NCBI GenBank assembly: GCA_019058365.1
Contig: JAHPZE010000014.1
Coordinates: 1 to 64,000, forward strand
DNA: 64,000 nt
DNA from: Promethearchaeota archaeon
GTDB lineage: Archaea; Asgardarchaeota; Lokiarchaeia; Sigyniarchaeales; SOKP01
Reading direction: 5' to 3'
Shown here: positions 20,535 through 30,651 of the stretch, one piece after another
Numbering within the stretch: position 1 is the first letter of the stretch
Layout: every line of letters begins with the position of its first letter
Position numbers and translations under genes: made by a program
The notes under the pieces: generated by a model
Seen by the model: only the letters and a program-made list of their open reading frames with translations
Told to the model about the DNA's origin: nothing
Database searches by the model: none

Positions 20535-22051
20535 ATGAGCTATAAATTACCGGATGAAAAAGATTTAGAAGCTATGATCGGTATTGTTGGTAAAGATTAT
20601 GCTACAAATAATAAAGCTATTACAGCATCTTACTTGGCGAAATCAGTAATGGGTTTAGAAATCTATTATCCCAAAGCGGATAATGACTAAATAGCCAAAT
20701 CCCTGATATCGTCATTCGACCCAAATATGTAGAAGAAATTCGAAAAATTCTTGTATATTGTACTCAAGAAAAAATAGCGGTAAGTCCTGTTTCTGGGGGA
20801 TTATCTGGTGGATTTTCATGCCCAACAATTAAACCTGGTGGAGTTCTTCTTGATTTAGGAAGAATGAAAAGAATAATTGAAATCGATGAGGAAAATCGAT
20901 TCGCAATTGTAGAACCTGGAGTAACCATTGGAGAACTCTGGGCATATATGCACAAAAATACTCCTGAATGGGCACCACCAATACCAGATGGAGCTCCACC
21001 AGCCTCTACAGTTATGGGAGATGCCATTGATAGAGGATTTTCATTATATACTTCAAGTGTGGGACCACAAGGAGACAATTTTATGTGTGCTGAAGTTGTG
21101 TTTGCAAATGGTGATGTTTTAAGAACTGGTTCCTGGGCATTACCTACTGCGAAACCATTCTACAAATATGGACTTGGTCCTGATATATGGTCCCTTTTGA
21201 TGGGTAGTCAAGGGACTATGGGAGTAATCACCAAAGTAGCAGTAAAGATTTATCCACATCCCGAATTTAAAACTCTTGTAGTATGGGGCATGTCAAATCC
21301 TTATGATATGCAGAATTTAACTTTGGAAATCCAAAAACAAGAATTTGGAATCGCACATAATACAGTTATGGTCCAAGGTGGAAATTACCCTCTTGTGATG
21401 ACTAGATGGCCAAAGGATAAAGTACCGCATGATTACAAATTCTTTGAAGAAATGGGTTTTTCGCAGTGGTGGATGAATTTTGAATGCTGGGCTCAAACAC
21501 AGGAAGAATTAGACTATGTTACAAATAGAATTGATAAGATGGCAAAAGATTATAAAGCGAATAGAGCTAAAGACCCTGATTCAATAAAAGCCCAAGAATT
21601 ACATCCAAAACAAATCGCAAGTAGATTGAAGAAACCAAATAAAATTGCTGTTCCGTATGGTTTATGGGATGCAGGTTTCTTATTTATAACTTGGTATACA
21701 CCTTGGCCAGAATGTGCCCATTTCTGTGAAATATACTGTAACGCAATGGAAAAATATGGTTTTCCACCTACGATGTGGGTTGCTTCAATTGAACGCGGTC
21801 GACAAGCAATTTGTATGCCTATAATTTGCTTTGATAGCACAAAGACAGAGGAATTAGAAAGAGTTCAAGAATTGAATAGAGAAACTACTGAATATGGTTT
21901 GAAGCAAGGCTGGCTTAATTATAGACCAGATCCATATATTCATATCCAAGCTTATTATCAAGCAGGTATGTATTGGAAATATTTGAGAGCTTTCAAAAAG
22001 CTTGTAGATCCAAATATGATAATGCATCCAGGAAGATTAGCTCTTCCATAA
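20535..22051 (+). CDS. FAD-linked oxidase/dehydrogenase (GlcD-like), two exons 20535-20660 and 20693-22051, predicted 494 aa after splicing
   Basis: Exon 1 MSYKLP...SVMGLE joins exon 2 SQIPDIVIRPKYVEEIRKIL...; exon 2 is open from 20693 to the track ORF at 20864; colinear with the paralog at 11856-13373; GSQGTMGVITK, DPNMIMHPGR. Confidence 0.85.
20661..20692 (+). other. Putative 32-nt bulge-helix-bulge (tRNA-type) intron in a protein-coding gene
   Basis: Central helix TTAG(20655-58)/CTAA(20687-90), 3-nt bulges AAA(20659-61) and ATA(20691-93), outer helix GGT/GCC, inner hairpin ATTATCC/GGATAAT; canonical cuts restore the frame. Confidence 0.82.
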
Positions 22052-22073
22052 ATTAAAGAGGTTGATTAAAAAA

Positions 22074-23495
22074 ATGGCTAAAACAGGAATGGAAAGATTA
22101 GAAGAATTAAAAAAGGATATTTATAAATGTATTCATTGTAAAGCATGTAAATTTGCCTATTCTAATGAACCTGACAGGGAAGGAATTGGAGTATTTTCTG
22201 GAAAGCAAAGTACAGTACTTTATGAAGGAATGGTTGACGCTTGTCCAGCGGGTATAGAATATGGATGGGAAGCCTTCTGGAATGCAGGTAAGATGTGGAT
22301 TGCTCGATCAATTTTAAGTGGAGACTTAGAATTTAGCGAAGAAGTTAGAGATGTAATTTTACCGTGTATTACATGTGGTCAGTGTTCTGCTCAATGTGAA
22401 AACAAGGTTCGTACTGTTGATATTATTGAGTCATTAAGAGCAGCCTGTATTGAATCTGGAATACCTATGATTGATAAACATGAGTTAGTAGATAAATTAG
22501 TAAAGGAACGAAATAATCCATATGGTGGAGCGGCAGCTGAAAGATTAAAATGGGCTAAGGATGCTGGTTTAGAGAAATTTATCAATAATAAAGACGCTAA
22601 AATTGCTTATTATGTTGGATGTACCGCAAGTTATCGACAAGTAGAGGTTGCTATAGCAACTGCAAAACTATTTGAGCAATTGGGTATGAATTTCACGTTA
22701 GTTGCTGATGAGGTATGCTGTGGAAGCCCATTCTTTAGGATTGGCGCAGTTGATACAGCTCAAGGATTAATGAGGAAAAATCTTGAAGCTTTTAAAGACG
22801 TAAAAATGGTCTATTTCAGCTGTGCTGGATGTTATCGAACTTTTACTATTGATTATCCAAAATGGATGGCTGCAGATGAAAAACTTCCATTCAAAACTCA
22901 ACATGCATTTGAACTTGTGGCACGATTAGTCCAACAAGGAAAAATTAAATTCAAACCTAACAAAGAATTAAAGGGCAAAGTGGTTACATACCATGATCCT
23001 TGTCACACTGGAAGACATTTTGCAATTGATATAGAACAAGAGATGATTGAGAAATCAAATAATCTTATGGTGGATAGTAGAAAAATTAAGAATGCAATCG
23101 AAGCGTGGTATGAAGTTCCACGGATAATTCTTAGAAAACTTGAAGAAGATGTTGGAATTAAATTTAAAGAAATGTACCGTATAAAACTTGATAGTATGTG
23201 TTGTGGCGCTGGTGGAGGAGTGAGGGCAGGATATCCTGAGTTTTCTCTTAGAACAGCAAGTCTTCGATGTGATGAAGCGAATGCAATAGGTGCGGACATC
23301 TTAACAACCGAATGTCCATTTTGTTGGAGGAATCTCTATGATGCTAATGAAATGTACAATCATGGCATGGTTGTTATGGGTGTTCTTCAAATGATTACAG
23401 AATATAATCTTTTGGATATTTTGGAGAAGCCAAAAGAAGGTGATTTCGTAACACCATCCATTAGAGAGTCAATGGAAGAAAAACCTAAAAAATGA
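22074..23495 (+). CDS. Fe-S oxidoreductase, HdrD/GlcF-like with CCG domains (start placed at MAKTG)
   Basis: CIHCKAC, CITCGQC, VCCG, YHDPCHTGR, CCGAGGG, CPFC; SD-like GAGGTTGA upstream. Confidence 0.88.
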   Translation: MAKTGMERLEELKKDIYKCIHCKACKFAYSNEPDREGIGVFSGKQSTVLYEGMVDACPAGIEYGWEAFWNAGKMWIARSILSGDLEFSEEVRDVILPCITCGQCSAQCENKVRTVDIIESLRAACIESGIPMIDKHELVDKLVKERNNPYGGAAAERLKWAKDAGLEKFINNKDAKIAYYVGCTASYRQVEVAIATAKLFEQLGMNFTLVADEVCCGSPFFRIGAVDTAQGLMRKNLEAFKDVKMVYFSCAGCYRTFTIDYPKWMAADEKLPFKTQHAFELVARLVQQGKIKFKPNKELKGKVVTYHDPCHTGRHFAIDIEQEMIEKSNNLMVDSRKIKNAIEAWYEVPRIILRKLEEDVGIKFKEMYRIKLDSMCCGAGGGVRAGYPEFSLRTASLRCDEANAIGADILTTECPFCWRNLYDANEMYNHGMVVMGVLQMITEYNLLDILEKPKEGDFVTPSIRESMEEKPKK

Positions 23496-23685
23496 GCAAT
23501 TAGCTCGTTTAAATTTATTTTTTTTAATTTTTGTTATTTTTAGTTCATAAAATGAAATTATTTAAATTTCATTAAGTTAGAGAAGTAAGATTTATATTAA
23601 AGATACGTGTTATTCAACTTTAAATTTACAAATAATATTAAATTTATATTACACGTAAAATTAAATTAATATTAAGTGAAGTTAT

Positions 23686-25194
23686 ATGAATTTAAAGAAG
23701 AAGTTAGTGAAATATCTTCCTTTAGTTGTATTTATTATACTTTTAGGACTCCTTCTTTCGGCGTGGATATTATATCTTCCGAATATTCCAGTAAGAGAAC
23801 CTAAACTTGCTCAAAGAAAAGCACTTATTGTATGTAGCGCAAATGATTTTCATGGTAGTGAATCTGAAGATGAATTTAATGGTAGTCCTGATGCTACATT
23901 TATTTTCGATACAAATAATTGGACACGAGATGTTGTGAACTGCTGGGTAGATTATACTTCAACATTTTTTAACGTAACTCCAGGAGCTATACAAATTCGG
24001 CCAATAGGAGGATTCCCACTGTCTGTTAATTTGACATTTAGTTGGGATCATCCTTATACTTTACAAGAGTATAGTTTTTACAACATTTCAGTTAGTGTAT
24101 ATATTAATAGTACAACTCCAGTTAATGGCGAAGGTGCAAAAGTTGGATTGCAATGGTTAGATTCTGGTAATACTGTAATAAGAACAGATTGGTCAGATAA
24201 TATTAATGCGACTTTGAAAAAGTGGACTTCTCTTAATGTAATGGGTGTATGCAATAATGAAACTGGTAATGAAATTAGCAAATTAAAGTTAATTTTATCC
24301 ACTGAAGGTCAATTTGCAGCTGGTCCAGATGATAGTCTATATTTTGATGATGTAGTAATCGATCGATGGATTTCAGTTAATTTAACAAACCCAACAGATC
24401 CCAATCCACCTCCCAGTCGAATAAACTCCGATGGCTTTCCCGCTCAAGCTCTTCAAGTCTATTGGATTTTAAAAAACCATGGATATTCAGATGAGAATAT
24501 TTTTTTAATGCTCTACCATACTGGAGATGATTCAATAGATATCGATGCAACTGATATTTACACTAATGATCTAAATAGATCTGGAGTAGTCGCTGGTGTA
24601 GATGTTGAAAATGATGATGTGAATGCATGTAGATTTAAAAAAGAATTGGATTTATCTAATCCAGAATCATTTGCCTCAACTATTGGTACTAAAGATCAAC
24701 TGATAGTATTTATGACTGATCATGGTTCAAACGCAGTTCTTAAGGACAAAAATGCTACATTTCATTTCGAGGCAGATAATAGCTATATTAACGAGACAGA
24801 ATTTTATGACTTAGTGAAAGAAATACCTTGCGAGAGAATGTTGATTTGCTTGGATTGTTGTTTTAGTGGTAATTTTCTTAATGAAAATAAAAACATAGGA
24901 CAGAGTTGGTATTACTTACCTAATTGTATTTTAATCAGCGCAGCATCAAATGTTTTATCATGGTATTGGATTAATAATAAAAATCCAGATGGTTTCGCTG
25001 GATCATGGTTCTTTCATCAATTTTGGAAACAATTAGATCAAAATAATACTATCATTTCAGCATATAATTTTGCATTAGGATTTATTCCGAGTATTAATTT
25101 TCCAAGACCTATTGCAATTATTCAAAATCCATTGATGAGAGACTTTTTAGGAATAAATAATACATGGACTTTTGATACCGACCCTCAATTATAA
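23686..25194 (+). CDS. Membrane-anchored clan CD cysteine peptidase (C13 legumain/GPI8-like) with an inserted beta-rich domain
   Basis: N-terminal TM; ALIVCSAND; VYWILKNHGYSDENIFLM; catalytic-type TDHG and DCCFSG. Confidence 0.72.
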   Translation: MNLKKKLVKYLPLVVFIILLGLLLSAWILYLPNIPVREPKLAQRKALIVCSANDFHGSESEDEFNGSPDATFIFDTNNWTRDVVNCWVDYTSTFFNVTPGAIQIRPIGGFPLSVNLTFSWDHPYTLQEYSFYNISVSVYINSTTPVNGEGAKVGLQWLDSGNTVIRTDWSDNINATLKKWTSLNVMGVCNNETGNEISKLKLILSTEGQFAAGPDDSLYFDDVVIDRWISVNLTNPTDPNPPPSRINSDGFPAQALQVYWILKNHGYSDENIFLMLYHTGDDSIDIDATDIYTNDLNRSGVVAGVDVENDDVNACRFKKELDLSNPESFASTIGTKDQLIVFMTDHGSNAVLKDKNATFHFEADNSYINETEFYDLVKEIPCERMLICLDCCFSGNFLNENKNIGQSWYYLPNCILISAASNVLSWYWINNKNPDGFAGSWFFHQFWKQLDQNNTIISAYNFALGFIPSINFPRPIAIIQNPLMRDFLGINNTWTFDTDPQL

Positions 25195-25338
25195 ATCTAT
25201 TTTTTTTAAATCCTTTTTTATTATTCTACTGAATTCTTTGAGTTTATTGAGTTTTTAAAACGCTTACAATTTTCTTCACTTAAATTTAAATTAAGTAGAA
25301 TTTATTCTAATTTAATATAAAAGCTATGAAAGATTACA

Positions 25339-25950
25339 ATGAAAATTGTGTATAAGGAGTTTAAAAAAACTGTTACTCCTAAATTAATTATTTTTATAAC
25401 TCTAATTTTAACAATATCAATTGCTCCTTTTTACAATAGTCTATGTAATCTGACAGAAACAGAAAACAATCTGGACAATTATGAAGGACTATTATTTACG
25501 CAAGCTCCTGATAATGATACAACAGTACCAACTATTACTTTTATTCAACCATCTGAGAATTATACAACAATCAAGCAAAAAAGTTATTTATTCATCGTTA
25601 ATATTAGTGATGATAATCTTCCTTCATATGGAAATGTTACTATTCAAATCTCAAATAATACAAACGTCTTATTTAATATCTTAATGAACTATAAAGGAGG
25701 AAATCAATGGAGTTTTAATTGGGATAATATTAGTTTATATCCAAATTATAACGTATATAAAATTAAAGTTTGGGCAAAGGATTCCTCTCCAAATGAAAAT
25801 TCTAGTTGGTCTGTATATTTTTATATTATTATAAGTATCTCTACTGGTCCGTCGATATTAAATGCAGTTCTTTATATAATAGCAGTATCGTTCATTTTTG
25901 CAGCAGTAATTGTGTATTTAAACAAAAAATGGAGTTATAGATCATCATGA
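25339..25950 (+). CDS. Surface protein with Ig-like domain and C-terminal TM anchor
   Basis: DTTVPTITFIQP...IKVWAKDSSPN; N- and C-terminal hydrophobic helices; basic tail. Confidence 0.7.
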   Translation: MKIVYKEFKKTVTPKLIIFITLILTISIAPFYNSLCNLTETENNLDNYEGLLFTQAPDNDTTVPTITFIQPSENYTTIKQKSYLFIVNISDDNLPSYGNVTIQISNNTNVLFNILMNYKGGNQWSFNWDNISLYPNYNVYKIKVWAKDSSPNENSSWSVYFYIIISISTGPSILNAVLYIIAVSFIFAAVIVYLNKKWSYRSS

Positions 25951-26131
25951 GAAGAAAAGAAAAAATCAAAGGAGAAGTTTAATATATTTTTAATAGATAG
26001 ATATCTTATTCTCGTAGGTCTTATTTACACTAAACTCCAATAAATTAGAGCAATAAGAATCAATTTAATTTTTAAAAATTCTTTGTATAGAAGTTTCCCA
26101 AATTCTTACAATTTTGTTTCCAAAAAAATAA

Positions 26132-29100
26132 ATGTATATATTTTCATTAATCACAAAAAACAAAATAATCATTAACGGGAATTGTTTAATATTGCTTAAT
26201 GTGGAAGAGAAATCTGCTTATCCATACATAACAACATTTAAAAAAGAACCATTTAAATCCTTTATAAGAGTAAAAAGAAAAGAGATTGGGAATTTTTATT
26301 ATAGTGAACATAATAGAATAGTTGAATTCTATCAATATTATAATCAAAACTTGCTAAAAGACCCTAATTTAAATTTAGAGTCTGTTTTTTGGTTTCTTTT
26401 GCTTAGGAAATACCTTAAACAAGAAAAGAGATTTAATAAAGATGAAATTTTTAATTATATAAAGAAATGTGAAATTCAACAATATGGACAGTTAGGATTT
26501 AAACTCTCTCCACATTCGGAAAAAGTTCCTGATATCCACTCCACATATTTAGCCTTGTCTTGTCTTAAGAATTTAGGATTATTAAAACAATATCTATTTT
26601 CTAAAGAACCTGACCAAATTAAAGGAGAAATCAAAAATTTTGTATTGTCGCTCAAAAAGGGTAATAAATTCTTACATTGTCAAGATAAAGAGTGTAATAT
26701 TGATAAGAATATCAGCTCAGCTCAAATGTTATATTATGTTTTAGAGATCTTCTCTCTTCTTGACATTGATGTTCGTGTTAATAGAGACCAATTTGGCTTA
26801 TATCTCGGGGATAAAAAAAGAACCCCTTCGCTAATTTTCAGATTTCTTTGTCTTAAATATTTGGATCTCGACTTAGAAGTAAAAGAAAAAGAAATTCAAT
26901 TCCTTCAACAATTACAAAAAGAAAGTGGTGGTTTTAGCTTTAATCAAATAGATAATATTGAAATAACTTTTTGGCTTGTTTATACTCTTGAACTATATTC
27001 TTGGATTTTAGATTATAATCCCGCAGGGATCTTTTCTTTTATAAATGAAAAATTAAATTTAATATTAAATAATCAAACTATCTGGAATTCTGATAAATTA
27101 AGTGAAGTTTCAAAGCTAATAATTCTTTTATCCTTAGTTTGGAAGAAATTTATTGATGAAATTGAGAGGTTGCTTTTTAAACAATTAGAAAAGGAAAAAT
27201 TTATTGATATAAACCAATTTAAAACCACTTTTGGTTTAGAAGAATATACTGATGAACTTATTTCATATATTAATCTTAACTATAATTTTAATTTACACAT
27301 TCTAAATAATGAGATTGAATTCAAGAATTATATTAATAATTTTAGTGTCGGAAAAAAAGAATTTTTTCAAAATTTCTATAATAAACTCTTTATTAATAGC
27401 GTTGTTTCTCTTTCTGATCTTTTTAAAAGACATAGAACTCTCCATAATGAACCACTGAAATTAAAGGAAGAAGTCTTTCCTATAATTAGAGATATGGTTG
27501 ATAAAAGGTTTTTTAATGGAAATATAATAACAAAAAAAGTCTTTTTAGGAATTAAAACAAAATTCTTGTTCTATTTGAATTATATTTTTAAAAAAATAAT
27601 CGTATCTGATATGGAATTAAATGTGGAAAGAATATTTGAAGAAAAAGAGAAATTAGCGGATATAAGAAATGATATTTATAATATGACTTTGAAATTAGAG
27701 GGTGTTACTTCTCAGATACGAGAAGAAATAGAAAGTTATCTTTTAATTAATGAGATTGATTATGCTAAAGAGAGATTAAAATTTGTTATAAGGAATGCTT
27801 TAATGGAAGCGGATTTTTTAAATGAAAATATTGAAAACTCATTCTATGAAGAACTTAATTACGTAAACATACAGGCTAGTTTAGGTTCAGAAATCTCCAA
27901 TTGGAATAAATTATACTCAGTTTTGCAAAAAAGGTTAACTGAAGTAGAGTCATATCTAAAAAGTAAAATTCAAGAAAAAGAAGAAGTAAGAAATTTAAAT
28001 AATCTATTAGAAAATCTTGGGGAAAAAATAAGTATCATAGAAGAAGATTTAAATAAAAAAATAGACTCATTTAGAAAGATTTTTTGTGAAACTCTAGAAA
28101 AGGAATATGATAGTGAAAAAATCAACCTTATAATGGATGATTTAGATAAAATAGCTCAAAATGTAAGGAAATATGATACAATTATTTATAACATCTCTCA
28201 ACAGGTTACAACTAAAGAAAGAAAAATAGTTAAGAAACATAAGAAAGTAATAGACAATTGGATAAGAATTAAAGAAAAATTCGATGAAAATTTCAATTAT
28301 TACACGGATGGTTTCCAATTTTTTAATATTAACCTACAAAAAATTGAAGAGATCAATAGTAGAATAGACGCTGATATTATAGAAATTGGAGAAAACGCTA
28401 AAAGTAAACTTTTGGAAAATAAGTTTCAGGATGCTTTCAATATTACCAAGAAAGAATCAGATTTACTAATGGATGAGAGGCTAAATGAAATTAAAGAACT
28501 TCAATCAACAATAAAACAAGAAATCAAAAGAAAACAAAAGCTCTATTCACTTTATCATTACCTTCAAGAAAAATTAGAAAATTTAGAAACTAATATAATT
28601 GAATTAATCGCAAACCAAGTAAAAAATCTAAAGAATAAGATTACTGAAGAAAGAAATCGAGCGAGATTAGAAGATTTTGATAATTTTATCTCTCAAGAAA
28701 GTGTTATATTTAAATCTCAACTAAATGCTGTTAAAAGCAGTTTAGAAAATTCAAGCAATTTAAAAATTGAAGTTGTTATGAAAGAATTTGACACACTTGA
28801 ATTCAATTTTAATAAAATGAATAAGATATATCAAAAAAAATTAAGTGAGTGTGTTAAATTTATAGAGAATTTTAAAGAGGAGTCAGAATTAAGAATAATC
28901 CAATGGGAAAAATTTAATAACTATTTTGTAAATGAAATATCACTCTTGAAAGATGAAATCATAAATAACATCATTTCAAATAAAATAACTGCAATTACTA
29001 TCGAGAAAAAAACGGATAACATTAAATTAATTGATTTAAAGAAAGAAGTTAACTTATCATGTAAAGTACTTATAAATAAATTAAAAGATATGATTGATAT

Positions 29101-30601
29101 ATCTAAGATTAATGCGGAACTTGACGAAAAGGAAAAAACTATTTTAGTGTACACAGATTATTATTATTTAAATAAAGAACTTAAGAATTATATTGAAAAT
29201 AATTTACTAAAACTAAATAGGGAAAGAATTGGAAAAATCCTTGCCTTATATGATTCGAGTATTAGGAATAGAACATTGAATATAAATATGTTGGAACTTC
29301 AAAATAGAATCAATGATTTAAGAATTTTTAAAGATGTTCTCCCGAAACAATTCTATGAAAAGGTTAGAGAACTTCAAATAAATCAAGAACGAGTAGAATT
29401 CCATGAAACGAAAAAATATTTTGAATCTATTTTAGAAAATGAAAGAAATGCTATAAATAATATTAAAAATAGTTTAAATCAATTTAATAAAAAACACATC
29501 TTCATCGAACAGCAATTTAATTCTCTCAATATCGAATTAAAGGAATATATTGCTAACGTTTTTAAAAAAACTGAAACTTATGAGAATTATTTCAAAATTC
29601 AAGAAACTTTTGAAAGTAAAAAGCGAATTTTTAAGGAGAATCTAAAACAATCTCAAGATAAAATTGAACATAAAATAAATGACTTATTACACAAATCAGG
29701 CGATTTAGCTAAATTAGTACCCGAAATTAGAGAGTTATATGTGAAAGTAAAAAATAATTTTTCTAAGGAATATAACAACAAGATACAGAAAATTAATGAT
29801 CAGATAATAGCAATGAAGAATGAATCATATCGTGAACAATTATTAACTCTTATTAATAAAAATAAGATAAATTTAAGCCAATTACTTGGAAATCTAGAAA
29901 GAAAAGTAGAAGATAATATAGAAATTAAAGAATTTAAGAAGAGTAATATTTTGATTCAAAGGAGAGCTAAAACCATTGATTTGGAGATAAAAGAGATTAA
30001 ACGACATGTAGAAGCGAAGTTCAAAGATTTTTCTAAGCAATCTAAAAATTTTAATCAAATATCGAAATTTATTCTGGAAGACTTTAATAACTTTATAGAT
30101 GAATATTCTGAAATTTTAAACGAAAAAGTTAAGGCATTAGAACGTTTAATATTAAAATCATACATCGATATGACTATAAAGGCTGTTGCAAACGAGTATT
30201 TGACAATAGGATTTTTGAATAATGAACTAAAAATAAAAAAACAAAATATTCAAGACCATTTGCTATTTTTAATTAGTGCTGGAAAATTGAATGGTAAATA
30301 TAATCCCGTATTATCGATTTATTATGAAAATCCAGAAGTTTTGGATGAAATTGATGAAACTGAATTAGAAGTAATCAAAAGCACAAATTATAAAGTCAAT
30401 ATGATGTTACGACATCTAAAAAATTTTGCGAGCCAATACGGGAGTATTATAGCTTTCTTTGCTTCAATCGTAACAATTTCATATTATCTATTCTTATTCA
30501 GTGGAGGTAATCCCGCAGTATTTGCAATTCCAGCTATTATTACCACCATTATTTTGGTTTTATACTTTTTTAGAAAAGGAAAAGAAGAGAAAATAAAATA
30601 A
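26132..30601 (+). CDS. Large protein: prenyltransferase-like N-terminal repeats, long coiled coils, PCI/winged-helix-like segments, two C-terminal TM helices (true start may be GTG 26201)
   Basis: GFKLSP..PDIHSTYLALSCL and LQKESGGFS..TFWLVYTL repeats; heptad-rich core; PCI-like LISAGKLNGKYN. Confidence 0.6.
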   Translation: MYIFSLITKNKIIINGNCLILLNVEEKSAYPYITTFKKEPFKSFIRVKRKEIGNFYYSEHNRIVEFYQYYNQNLLKDPNLNLESVFWFLLLRKYLKQEKRFNKDEIFNYIKKCEIQQYGQLGFKLSPHSEKVPDIHSTYLALSCLKNLGLLKQYLFSKEPDQIKGEIKNFVLSLKKGNKFLHCQDKECNIDKNISSAQMLYYVLEIFSLLDIDVRVNRDQFGLYLGDKKRTPSLIFRFLCLKYLDLDLEVKEKEIQFLQQLQKESGGFSFNQIDNIEITFWLVYTLELYSWILDYNPAGIFSFINEKLNLILNNQTIWNSDKLSEVSKLIILLSLVWKKFIDEIERLLFKQLEKEKFIDINQFKTTFGLEEYTDELISYINLNYNFNLHILNNEIEFKNYINNFSVGKKEFFQNFYNKLFINSVVSLSDLFKRHRTLHNEPLKLKEEVFPIIRDMVDKRFFNGNIITKKVFLGIKTKFLFYLNYIFKKIIVSDMELNVERIFEEKEKLADIRNDIYNMTLKLEGVTSQIREEIESYLLINEIDYAKERLKFVIRNALMEADFLNENIENSFYEELNYVNIQASLGSEISNWNKLYSVLQKRLTEVESYLKSKIQEKEEVRNLNNLLENLGEKISIIEEDLNKKIDSFRKIFCETLEKEYDSEKINLIMDDLDKIAQNVRKYDTIIYNISQQVTTKERKIVKKHKKVIDNWIRIKEKFDENFNYYTDGFQFFNINLQKIEEINSRIDADIIEIGENAKSKLLENKFQDAFNITKKESDLLMDERLNEIKELQSTIKQEIKRKQKLYSLYHYLQEKLENLETNIIELIANQVKNLKNKITEERNRARLEDFDNFISQESVIFKSQLNAVKSSLENSSNLKIEVVMKEFDTLEFNFNKMNKIYQKKLSECVKFIENFKEESELRIIQWEKFNNYFVNEISLLKDEIINNIISNKITAITIEKKTDNIKLIDLKKEVNLSCKVLINKLKDMIDISKINAELDEKEKTILVYTDYYYLNKELKNYIENNLLKLNRERIGKILALYDSSIRNRTLNINMLELQNRINDLRIFKDVLPKQFYEKVRELQINQERVEFHETKKYFESILENERNAINNIKNSLNQFNKKHIFIEQQFNSLNIELKEYIANVFKKTETYENYFKIQETFESKKRIFKENLKQSQDKIEHKINDLLHKSGDLAKLVPEIRELYVKVKNNFSKEYNNKIQKINDQIIAMKNESYREQLLTLINKNKINLSQLLGNLERKVEDNIEIKEFKKSNILIQRRAKTIDLEIKEIKRHVEAKFKDFSKQSKNFNQISKFILEDFNNFIDEYSEILNEKVKALERLILKSYIDMTIKAVANEYLTIGFLNNELKIKKQNIQDHLLFLISAGKLNGKYNPVLSIYYENPEVLDEIDETELEVIKSTNYKVNMMLRHLKNFASQYGSIIAFFASIVTISYYLFLFSGGNPAVFAIPAIITTIILVLYFFRKGKEEKIK

Positions 30602-30651
30602 TGGTTGGTTTTTTCGTGTTTTAGACTTATAGAATATTTCATGTATAAGTT

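Noticed and set aside
20424-20690. 88-aa ORF and a separate 395-aa ORF (20864-22051) as two genes
   Set aside because: They are the two parts of one GlcD-like gene; the sequence before ATG 20535 is AT-rich intergenic DNA.
10619-23495. Selenocysteine read-through in the HdrD-like genes
   Set aside because: Both ORFs are complete with Cys at the motif positions; no in-frame TGA interrupts them.
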